From: Octopus sinensis
Lineage: Eukaryota
Assembly: GCF_006345805.1 (NCBI RefSeq)
Contig: NW_021825176.1
Location: 1 to 16,390, forward strand
Reading direction: 5' to 3'
Length of the DNA: 16,390 nt
Shown: positions 1-8,910 of the stretch, piece after piece
Position numbering within the stretch: the stretch's first letter is position 1
Layout of the letters: each line of letters opens with the position of its first letter
Translations under genes and position numbers: made by a program
Notes under the pieces: model-generated
Database searches by the model: none
Seen by the model: the letters and a program-made list of their open reading frames with translations, nothing else
What the model was told of the DNA's origin: nothing

Positions 1-80
1 ATCTGACATCGTCGATTCTTGAACGATTTCTTCCTGAAGATTCGCTAATGAAACAGTTCTAGTCATGTAGAAGCCTCCTT

Positions 81-81
81 C

Positions 82-112
<31 letters not shown>

Positions 113-340
113 GTACATACATAGACGAGTTTTTTGCGTAATGAGATAAAAAAAACCAAGGCTGCATAGATATTAGATATAGATGGATGTATATACGAAT
201 TTTTTGCGTAATTTTTATACATGCATATATATATATATATATATACATACATATATATATATATTTATACATACATACATACATACGTACATATATATAC
301 ATACATATATACATTCATACATAAATATGTATATTTATAA

Positions 341-382
<42 letters not shown>

Positions 383-385
383 GCA

Positions 386-418
<33 letters not shown>

Positions 419-442
419 GCATACATACATATACACATACAT
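81..442. repeat. (TA)n and (TACA)n microsatellite block
   Basis: Long runs of tata... and tacatacatac...; the overlapping ORFs (Y/I/H/T or C/M/V/Y strings) are repeat translations. Confidence 0.95.
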
Positions 443-699
443 AAGAGTTTAGATATTTCGAGAGGACGCGAAATAATTCTCTCTTCTTTTTTTTTCAATG
501 TAGAAGCTATAATAAATAGTGGGAGGATGCTCATAAGATACAAATCTAAATCTTGTGTAAAAGTGAAAGCCTTCCAGTCGTATCCCAAAAAGTCTTTTAA
601 ACCAATATATATACATGCTATTATCTATAACTTTATCTACGTCAAGTTCTATAGCTGCAATATTAACATACATACATATATACATACATATCTACATGC

Positions 700-820
700 A
701 TATACTTTTCAAAACCTAGTACTAATAACACTGACCTGTTTTGTCGAATCGCGAAGTTACACAACACCGGTTGTCAAGCTGTGATGGGGTGGGTAACACA
801 GACGGAAAGACACACATAAT
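700..820 (-). mobile_element. Decayed fragment of the tRNA-derived CORE-like SINE (3' body)
   Basis: cctagtactaataacactgacctgttttgtcgaatcgcgaagttac...ggttgtcaagc...acacagac aligns by eye to the better preserved copy at 7976-8077. Confidence 0.6.
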
Positions 821-1115
821 ATATACATACATACATATATGTATGCATGTATGTATACATATATATATATATATATATAATATATATAATATAATTAATC
901 AATATAGGGTGGCAAAAAAATTTTGTAGAATCTTTTTGCCACCAGCGGCCTAGTGGGAAAAAATTAAATAGTCATAGACCATTTTTAAGTTCAACATCAA
1001 CAATCAAGGAACGGCCATAAAGGCCATTCACCCACTAGAAATAACAGCCAAGCTTCACCCGCAAATAAAGATTAATTCGTAAACAGGAGAAATTTAAAAA
1101 AACATTTACCCTGTA

Positions 1116-1220
1116 ATTTCTTGTACGATGCACCGTTTCATCTGCTGTTTAATGGTAACTAACCTGATTAAATTAATCAAGCCAATCTTCCATAGGCCCT
1201 CAGATTCTTCAGCAAGAAAT
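1116..1220 (-). ncRNA. Type I hammerhead ribozyme, array unit 1
   Basis: Minus strand: AUUUCUUG-CUGAAGA-AUCUG...CAGAU-GAAA-CGG UGCA UCG-UA^CAAGAAAU. Perfect 8 bp stem I, 5 bp proximal stem II with further pairing beyond it, stem III ACGG/UCGU, GUA cleavage triplet; predicted cut between 1124 and 1123. Confidence 0.9.
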
Positions 1221-1602
1221 AGCCAAGTCGGAACAGATATTTTCACGAGGCATTTCCGACCCTGCCAAGGTAATATCTGACCTAAATTTTTCAAATCGTC
1301 GCACTCGCGCCAAATTTATCGGCAGCAAATAATATAAGACCGTCGATTCCATTACGGAATTAACCAGAAAATTCATAATTAATCAATATAGGGTGGCAAA
1401 AAAATTGTGTAGATTTCTTTTTGCCACCAGCGGCCTAGTGGGAAAAAATTAAATAGTCATAGACCATTTTTAAGTTCAACATCAACAATCAAGGAACGGC
1501 CATAATAGGCCATTCACCCACTAGAAATAACAGCCAAGCTTCAACCGCAAATAAAGATTAATTCCGTAAACATGAGAAAATTTTAAAAACATTTACCCTG
1601 TA

Positions 1603-1707
1603 ATTTCTTGTACGATGCACCGTTTCATCTGCTGTTTAATGGTAAACTAACCTGATAAATTAAATCAAGCCAATCTTCATAGGCCCTCAGATTCTTCAGC
1701 AAGAAAT
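1603..1707 (-). ncRNA. Type I hammerhead ribozyme, array unit 2
   Basis: Same core and stems as unit 1 (atttcttg 1603-1610, gtttc 1622-1626, tcttcag 1693-1699, caagaaat 1700-1707 on +); predicted cut between 1611 and 1610. Confidence 0.9.
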
Positions 1708-2111
1708 AGCCAAGTCGGAACAGATATTTTCACGAGGCATTTCCGACCACTGCCAGGTATATCTGACCTAAATTTTTCAAATCGTCGCACTCCGCGCCAA
1801 ATTTATCGGCAGCAAATAAATGAAAGCCGTCGATTCCATTACGGAATTAACCAGAAAATTCATAATTAATCAATAAGGGTGGCAAAAAAATTTTGTAGAA
1901 TTCTTTTTGCCACCAGCGTCCTAGTGGGAAAAAATTAAATAGTCATAGACCATTTTTAAGTTTCAACCATCAACAATCAGGAACGGCCATGATAGGCCTT
2001 CACCCACTAGAACTAAACAGCCAAAGCTTCAACCGCAAATAAAGATTAATTCCGTAAACAGGAGGACATTAAATTTGTAAACAAGAAAATTTTAAAAACA
2101 TTTACCCTGTA

Positions 2112-2217
2112 ATTTCTTGTACGATGCCCCGTTTCATCTGCTGTTTAATGGTAACTAACCTGATTAAATTAAATCAAGCCAATCTTCCATAGGCCCTCAG
2201 ATTCTTCAGCAAGAAAT
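2112..2217 (-). ncRNA. Type I hammerhead ribozyme, array unit 3
   Basis: Same core and stems; the only change near the core is in the stem III loop (GGCA instead of UGCA). Predicted cut between 2120 and 2119. Confidence 0.9.
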
Positions 2218-2562
2218 AGCCAAGTCGGAACAGATATTTTCACGAGGCATTTCCGACCCTGCCAAGGTAATATCGTGACCTAAAATTTTCAAATCGTCGC
2301 ACTCGCCGCCAATTTATCGGCAGCAAATAAATATAAGCCGTCGATTCCATTACGGAATTAACCACAAAATTCATAATTAATCAATATAGGGTGGCAAAAA
2401 AATTTTTTGTAGAATTCTTTTTGCCACCAGCGTCCTAGTGGGAAAAAATTAATTCATAGAATAGAGACCAATTTTTAAGTTCAACATCAACAATCAAGGA
2501 ACGGCCATATAGGCCATTCACCCACTAGAAATAACAGCCAAAGCTTCAACCGCAAATAAAGA

Positions 2563-2609
2563 TTAATTCCGTAATGGAATCGACGGCTTATATTTATTTG
2601 CTGCCGATA
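2563..2609. repeat. 47 bp fold-back: perfect inverted copy of 2315-2361 capping the array
   Basis: ttaattccgtaatggaatcgacggcttatatttatttgctgccgata is the exact reverse complement of 2315-2361; the junction uses the 12 nt internal inverted motif ttaattccgtaa (2563-2574). Confidence 0.95.
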
Positions 2610-2617
2610 TATTTATA

Positions 2618-3042
2618 CTAGCAGTATCGACCGGCGTTGCTCGGGTTTGTAAGCGAAATAAATATATAAGCATTTTTAGAGATGTAAAGTATAATAGCCA
2701 TCTCAATATGGCTAACCACAAAGTGGGGGGGGGTTACTGTAGCTTTTTACGTTCTGAGATTTAATAATACATTTTTAGAGAGTTAATTTTTCCCATTTTT
2801 AATGCATTTTTGGCATATTTATATATGCCAAAAATGCATTAAAAATGGGAAAAATTTATGGTAATTTTTTTTTTAAATCGTAGACTCATGGTAGCCGCGC
2901 ACTAATACCCAGAAGGGCTCGATATGAATCACGACTATAAGATACCCGGTTTTGGTTAAACTGCACCGCAAAATGCGGGAGTAGTTAGGAATCTAAATCA
3001 TAGGAGACAGACAGCACACAACCTCACTTTTATATATAAAGA
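2618..3042 (-). mobile_element. Short non-autonomous Helitron (425 bp)
   Basis: On the minus strand it starts TCTTTATATATAAAAGTGAGGTTGTGTGCTGTCTGTC and ends with an imperfect GC-rich hairpin (ccgagcaacgccgg, 2631-2644) ~10 nt before CTAG. It is inserted between A (3043) and T (2617) with no TSD, the canonical Helitron termini. Confidence 0.85.
2785..2856. repeat. Perfect 34 bp inverted repeat with 4 nt loop inside the Helitron
   Basis: aatttttcccatttttaatgcatttttggcatat (2785-2818) / ttat / atatgccaaaaatgcattaaaaatgggaaaaatt (2823-2856). Confidence 0.95.
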
Positions 3043-3070
3043 TATATATATATATAATATATATATATAT

Positions 3071-3375
3071 AATCAGAATGAGCAACAAGAATGACTCCGG
3101 TAATTTGGTACGGACATATGAGGTAGTGGAGTCCCTCAACAGTTGAGGAACTCCACTACCTCATATGTTCTTAAAATTTAAATCCACATATTTGTCTGTA
3201 TATCTACCTTCTCTATAATGTTGCCACTTGATTAGAATATTTTTGTATTAATGGAAAACCTCTATAATTGGCTGATGAGTACTTAGCATTTTAAATCAGT
3301 TGTAATACTTACAACATTTAATAAAATGATGTAGTACGAAACGATCGTACCAAATTACCGGAGTCATTCTTGTTG

Positions 3376-3377
<2 letters not shown>
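3071..3377 (+). mobile_element. Short hammerhead-containing element with 31 bp inverted ends, embedded in (TA)n; Penelope-like/retrozyme-like
   Basis: 3082-3112 is the exact reverse complement of 3346-3376; nested hairpin 3114-3168 (19 bp outer arms plus cctcaa/ttgagg); hammerhead at 3265-3357; (TA)n on both sides. Family assignment is inference. Confidence 0.65.
3265..3357 (+). ncRNA. Type I hammerhead ribozyme (unrelated in sequence to the array ribozyme)
   Basis: UAAUUGG-CUGAUGA(3272-3278)-GUACU...AGUAC-GAAA(3338-3341)-CG AU CG-UA^CCAA(A)UUA. Stem II is extended by catttta/taaaatg and gttgtaa/ttacaac; stem III is the palindrome ACGAUCGU. Predicted cut between 3349 and 3350. Confidence 0.88.
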
Positions 3378-3408
<31 letters not shown>

Positions 3409-3614
3409 CTTGGAAGAGGATGTGTGGCGTTCAGTCTTTCTTTTGTACACGTTTCATGACGTCCTATTCTCACATATGCTTTTATACATATATATATGTA
3501 TATATGTAAGTACGTTCATATATGTATGTATATATGCAGATATATTTTTTATACAGTATATATGTGTGTGTGTTTGTGTGTGTATATGTGTGTGTGAGAG
3601 AGAGAGTATGTGTG

Positions 3615-3957
3615 TATAAAAGACGGCCTTCTTTCAATTTCCCTCTATCATATCCACTCCCAAAGATTTGCTTGGCCCAAACGCCATGATAGATCGTTAG
3701 CTCCTTCACGCATGTTTTTCTCTCCTTGTTTCTCTCCTTGTTTTTTTCTGTGTATCTTTCTGTCGAAGAGCGTAGGCTCGAAATGTAAAAGACTTTTTCT
3801 ATTCCTGAGCGCTATACTCCACCTGCATTCGTCTTTTGTTTATTTTCGTAAACTTTCCCTTTATGCTAAAAGATACTTGGTTAAGGTGTCATGTAGTGGT
3901 ACTGAAACCTATGGTTGAGAAGCACACTTCTTACCACACAGCTACGGCTGTGCCCAT
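3615..3957 (-). mobile_element. 5' half of CORE-like tRNA SINE, split by a ~170 bp insertion
   Basis: 3615-3693 and 3864-3957 align in register with the copy at 10439-10603; a decayed ~7-9 nt overlap (tgataga / tgctaaa, versus tagtaga in the intact copy) flanks the insert. Confidence 0.75.
3694..3863 (+). mobile_element. Short Penelope-related insert with decayed minimal hammerhead motif
   Basis: tcttt-CTGTCGA-A-GAGC gtag GCTC-GAAATGTA-aaaga (3755-3792): stems I and II intact, core A6 and stem III mutated; shares the downstream cctgagcg motif with the 8600-8810 element. Confidence 0.6.
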
Positions 3958-4454
3958 ATATATATAAACATATAAATACAGTGTACATTGAAACACATAA
4001 TAGGAATCCATCATAGGACTACCTGTACGCTAGAGAGGACAGTTAAATGGACGGACGCCTCTTATGTGTTTAAATGTACACTGCATTTATATGAATAATA
4101 TATAGTCTATTGACTACAGTTTTACACGCTAAGCCACTGGTAATGAAAATGTCCAATATTTCGGATTAACCTTTGATATTATCAATTATATATAAACATA
4201 TATATGTATGTATAAATATAAATATACACACACTCACATCCCACCCACACACACACACATAACACACACACACCACACACACACACACACACCACACATA
4301 TATATAATATATATATATATATATAATATTATTTAAGGGAATAAATCCAAACTTACAAGGAAAAAGAATTCAATTTAGAAATACTAAATCAAATTCCACA
4401 CAATATATATTATATATCTATATATATATATATATATATATACATTACATTATT

Positions 4455-4583
4455 CTTGTAATTTATTTTTCTTCTTTACTTTTAATGTTATTTTAATTTT
4501 AACTTTCTTTTATATGTAATTTTCTAGATGGGTGTAATTTAGTTATTCATTTTTGATTGATAAAAGGTGTTTTTTTTCTAATA
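4455..4583 (-). repeat. Unclassified ~130 bp AT-rich interspersed repeat (partner at 12012-12136)
   Basis: Reverse complement (attagaaaaaaaacaccttttatcaatc...catctagaaaattacatataaaag...aaaattaaaataaca) matches 12012-12136 closely; both copies abut (TA)n. Confidence 0.8.
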
Positions 4584-5404
4584 TTTTATATATATATATG
4601 CATATGTAAGAACGTGCACGCTCTCATGAACATACACACGCACAAGCACACACATATGCATATGTATGTGTATATATATATATGAGAACACCATACACAT
4701 ATATGTCTGACGAGCGTTCAGAAGAATTTGAATTCTCTGAATACAAGACAATAGAGTCTAAATATTATTCCTGCAGTTTTACAAATTAAGATCTATATAC
4801 GGCAAAAAATTACAGGACGCTCTCATATGTCCTTGATCTTCCCTACCTCGAAAGTTTAATTAATAATCAGGCAACGCCAGGAAACGCATGGCGTGGACAT
4901 CTTCAGTGCAAAACAGTACAAGTTATTATATATTTGCACCAGGTAATATATAGTGATAATGTAATTGTTCTTTCCTTGAAGCTAAGATTAAACTCATATG
5001 AATATAGTAAGTTTATTTTTAACCGTGTATATAGCTAAATTTATGGTATATAACTAGTAGTATGTGTTCGTATATGTGTATGCAGATACACACACACACA
5101 CACACACATACACACATACACTCATGCACACCTACACAGATACACACACATATATACATATATATAGAGATAGAGAGATACATACATAGACAGATAGAGA
5201 GATATAATGATAGGGTACACAGCGCGTGTGTGTGTATGCGTGTGTGTGCGTGTGTGTGTATGTATGTGTGTGTGTGATTGTCTCTATTTAAGGTTATCCC
5301 TACAGATTTTCTTTGGAAGATAGTAGCCAGAACTGATTTGCAATGACGTTTCGTAAACGAATACGCATTAAACAATGCGATTAAAGGTGGGAAAACGGCT
5401 AATA

Positions 5405-5452
5405 GGTGTATATACATGTTTCAGGAGTCATTACTCTTTCTTCAGCGCCACA
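5405..5452 (-). other. Hammerhead relic with intact core but broken stem I
   Basis: Minus strand: CTGAAGA-AA GAGT aatg ACTC CT-GAAAC AT GTA-tatacacc; palindromic stem III ACATGT; the stem I arms barely pair. Confidence 0.5.
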
Positions 5453-5660
5453 TGCAACCCATTCCTCATCAATGAAGACATTGCTTAAATAGCCACCAAA
5501 TATAGTGGATGCGATAACTCTAAATGTGATTACATAGCACTGCTAACACTGGCGAGACTCAGCATTGATTATGAATCATTAAAACTCTTTATATATCATG
5601 TGTGCATAAGTGAATACGGTGTCCCTACAAGTAATATGTATATATCGTACATACACTTTA

Positions 5661-6012
5661 TCTTTTAATTTTTTAGTTCTTACATTCATTTGACTGCGGC
5701 AACGCTGAAGCAGCCTCTTGAATTCTTCGAACCCTGTATTTCTCTTTCATAAGCGTTGTACTTATTTTATCAGTCTGTTTTGCAGACTGATAAACACTCA
5801 AACACCTGTGGCCGAGCAGTGTTGGTGGATAAACACAGGTACAGAATACACAGAGAATGATAATCGACGGGCTCCTTTCAGTGTCCGCCTACCAAATCCT
5901 CTGATCGGCCAAATCTGTAGTTAAAGATACTTGCCCAAGGTGTCACGTCGGGGGACTGAACGCGGAACCACGTGTTTGGGAAACAAACTTTTTACCACAG
6001 AACCAAGCTACA
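5661..6012 (-). mobile_element. Near full-length, diverged CORE-like tRNA SINE
   Basis: Contains reverse complements of the head (tgtggtaaaaagtttgtttcccaaacac...gttcagtcc), the accttgggcaagt core and the gccgcagtcaaatga tail seen in other copies. Confidence 0.8.
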
Positions 6013-6192
6013 TAAAAGTATAAATCTATACACAACACACATGCAAATCTATCCTTCTATTGAACTTGTATGTATATATGTGTATATAACATTACGTATA
6101 TATATACACACACACACACACACACATCATATATATATATATATTATTACATATATAGATAGATATATATAAATATATATACACACAGATAT

Positions 6193-6224
<32 letters not shown>

Positions 6225-6737
6225 GTACATATTATCGATCTACGAACACATTCTTCAGACATTGAAAGTCATACCCACATAAAATATGCTTATACACACA
6301 CGCGCCTGTATAATATATATATATATATATTATATATATATTATATATATACCTATGTAATACATATATATATATATGATACATACATATATAATACATA
6401 GGTATACATATAATATATACATATATGTATATATACTATATATATATGTGTGTTATACATACTTATATATATATATATATATATATACATGCAGGTATAT
6501 GTGTACACATGTGTATGCATATATATTTGTGACCGTGTATGTGAGTATGTGATCTAGAAGCTACAATATACACCAATGATCTTGGTTTCTATAGCTAATT
6601 TGTCACATGATTGCCCTTACGTATCTGCCAGTTACATACATGGCTGACAGCAGTGTTAAACCTGACTGGGTTTTGAACGTCTCCATCCAATTTCACATCC
6701 AATGGTCTAATCTAACTACCTAGCTACCTCTGTATTT

Positions 6738-6786
<49 letters not shown>

Positions 6787-6848
6787 ATCTATCTATCATT
6801 TATCTATCTCTCAGTTTGTCTGTGTATAGCTATATGTGTACGTAAATT

Positions 6849-6924
<76 letters not shown>

Positions 6925-6925
6925 A

Positions 6926-6958
<33 letters not shown>

Positions 6959-6989
6959 TGTGTGTGTGTGAATACATACATATATATTT

Positions 6990-7113
6990 GATGACTCCAC
7001 TAGAAGGGATGAAAGCACTAATATATGATATATGATGTATAAAAACATGTAACATACTAATAAATATCTGTAAATATAAAACCATCCAGATTTCTGAGTA
7101 CCTCATTTCTTCT
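6990..7113 (-). repeat. Unclassified ~120 bp interspersed repeat (partner at 12248-12355)
   Basis: Reverse complement agaagaaatgaggtactcagaaatctggat...tatttacaga...acatgttt...ctagtggagtc matches 12248-12355. Confidence 0.8.
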
Positions 7114-7309
7114 GTGTGTATGTACGTGTGGGTGTGTATACAAGTGCACACTCACGTATGCATCCACATATTATACAGAAATAAGCACACATACACGCAT
7201 ATAAGCACACATGCACATACATCAATACATACGTTCTTACATGCACACATACAGAGACAGAGGAGGGAAGAAAACCGAGGTATTTTGCTTTACGTCGAAC
7301 AGATATGAG

Positions 7310-7850
7310 TGGAGTGCTCAATTCGAGATGTAGAGAACTTGGTTCGTGAAGAATCCATTGACCGATCTTCTGACTTTTCCGATGTCACGCCGGTTTCGGT
7401 GAATGGTTGAATGACCAAATCCAAGCTTCTCTGCTAGGTACGATGAGATTTTGTTCCACCCGGTTTGCAGGACGACCTCGTCGAGCTCAACAGATCTTCC
7501 AGGACGAGGCTCGTCTTCTAGGCTGTAGTTTCTGGCTCGGAATGTCTGGAACCTCTTATTGTCTGATTGCCATATACTACAATAATACGCCTTGCACTTC
7601 CCTTTGTGCTGTTGCCTTTATTGAACTCCTAAACCAAAATATGCTGAATATTCTCCTTTGTCACTTCGATTATAGCTTTGAAAAAATAACTGTTAAAATC
7701 GAAATGCATTCTTCAAAACTTACACTAAGAATAAGGAAGAGGTAAAATTACTACCTGCTTTGAAAGCAGGTTGATGCAGATATTTTATCCCGTCCCCCAC
7801 CGACTATTAGTTCATGCAATTGAAAAAATACGCATTATTTATGGGATGAC

Positions 7851-7854
<4 letters not shown>
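7310..7854 (-). mobile_element. Decayed mariner-family transposon, 5' half (TIR plus N-terminal transposase)
   Basis: Minus-strand translation from 7670: IEVTKENIQHILV*EFNKGNS...VYGNQTI / FQTFRARNYSLEDEPRPGRSVELDE...LAEKLGFGHSTIHR...IGKV / IGQWILHE, matching the mariner HTH region and WVPHEL motif. TIR-like TTAGGTCATCCCATAAATAATGCG at 7831-7854 adjoins TA. Confidence 0.85.
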
Positions 7855-7885
<31 letters not shown>

Positions 7886-7887
<2 letters not shown>

Positions 7888-8077
7888 TTTTACTTGTTTC
7901 AGTCATTTGATTGCGGCCATACTGGAGCACCGCCTTTAGTCGAATAAATGGATCCTAGGGCTTATTCTTTGTAAGCCTAGTATTTTTTCTGTCAGTGTCT
8001 TTTGCTGAACCGCTAAGTTACGGGGGCATAAACACACCAGCATCGGTTGTCAAGCGATGGTGGGGAACAAACACAGA
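7886..8077 (-). mobile_element. 3' half of CORE-like tRNA SINE
   Basis: Reverse complement contains cttgacaaccgatgctggtgtgttta...ttagcggttcagcaaaaga...ggcggtgctccagtatggccgcaatcaaatgactgaaacaagtaaaag. Confidence 0.9.
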
Positions 8078-8599
8078 AATGGTATACTCGAGCAATCTCG
8101 AGTATAACCAACCGAAATTGCAAAGATAATCTGGAACTTGACTGACGAAAGAAAATTTCGAATGATCCGTCCGTGTTTTTTCTTGTCCCTTTTTTTTTGT
8201 ATCATCTGTCTGGATGTTTTGTTGTCCCGTTTTGTATCATCCAGCTGTCTGGATATTTTGCGTTCTTGTTCCCTTTTTTATTTCCCTTTTATATACTATA
8301 TACGCTGCATATATAATATCATAAATTGATAGGGCCCTGATATTAAACAAAGCGTTAAACAGTTATGGTATGTTCACTGGAACTCCAGTTCTCTTTAGCT
8401 ACTGGATTTGTTGAGTATATTAAAGAAGTTGGATGCTTGCTTCCCTGAGATTGGTCAAAGATGACATAGACACCTGATAGTCCAATAAGATCCCAAAACT
8501 GATCCAAGCGGTTTATAATTTCTTTGCAATCTACGGAAAAATACTTAAATTTGTTATGTTCGTTCTCCTCAAAGCAGCTTTACACACACACACACACAC

Positions 8600-8810
8600 A
8601 CGCCCCAATATGTGACCGCGTACGCATCGTTGGCGATTTTTTTCTTTCTCCGTCTTCCCTTCTTTGAACTTTTTCTATATTTCTGACGAAGAGCTCCGCT
8701 CGAAACGTGAAGTCCTCTTTCTTTTCTTTCCTTTCCTGAGCGTCCAATAACACTACTTATTCCACGTCCTCGCGTTGTTGTTATTTCTTGCTTGTTCACG
8801 TTTGCATTGA
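8600..8810 (+). mobile_element. Short Penelope-related element with minimal hammerhead motif (non-cleavable GUG triplet)
   Basis: ttt-CTGACGA(8683-8689)-A-GAGC tcc GCTC-GAAACGT-G(8709)-aag; same motif layout as 3755-3792 and 16102-16138. Boundaries approximate. Confidence 0.6.
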
Positions 8811-8878
8811 CTATATATATATATAAATATAGCAATATATATATATATCACATTCTCTCTATATATATGTATGTACAT

Positions 8879-8910
<32 letters not shown>

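Larger units (their letters stand above)
891..2574 (-). repeat. Tandem array of ~485-510 bp units (~3.5 copies) with one hammerhead ribozyme per full unit; retrozyme-like
   Basis: ataattaatcaata(t)agggtggc recurs at 891, 1375, 1862 and 2373 (periods 484, 487, 511). Units differ mostly by single-base indels plus a ~23 nt insertion near 2061-2083. The left end abuts (TA)n; the last unit is truncated at 2574. Confidence 0.95.

Noticed and set aside
28-75. ttcttc-CTGAAGA-ttcgctaat-GAAAC-agttcta-GTC hammerhead-like motif
   Set aside because: Core words are present but stem II and stem I do not pair properly; at most a decayed relic, and it lies at the window edge.
1106-1294. 62 aa ORF in array unit 1
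   Set aside because: Not preserved in units 2 and 3 because of indels; it overlaps the ribozyme, which explains the sequence.
891-2574. Array as CRISPR or as a Helentron/DINE-1-derived satellite
   Set aside because: No short repeat-spacer structure; no matched subterminal inverted repeats at the array ends, and the per-unit hammerhead is a better explanation.
4150-4195. Minus-strand ttgataatatcaaaggttaatccgaaatattgg resembling a Penelope hammerhead end
   Set aside because: Core too degenerate (no CUGANGA, no GUH with paired stems).
4700-4915. CTGACGA followed by a long hairpin (+, 4707) and CTGAAGA-TGTCC...GGACA (-, ~4900)
   Set aside because: Neither is followed by GAAA in the right place and stem I is not supported.
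5435-5519. Possible 85 nt minus-strand exon (VIASTIFGGYLSNVFIDEEWVACGAEER)
   Set aside because: Weak splice sites, short open frame, no recognised homology, and its 3' end overlaps a hammerhead relic, pointing to a repeat origin.
6622-6707. Possible minus-strand exon (PLDVKLDGDVQNPVRFNTAVSHVCNWQI) with gtaagg donor
   Set aside because: Acceptor lacks a polypyrimidine tract, the frame is short enough to occur by chance, and the phase does not link to other candidates.
8135-8175. CTGACGA-aagaaaattt-CGAATGATCCGTC
   Set aside because: A15.1 and stems I and III are missing; not a supportable ribozyme.
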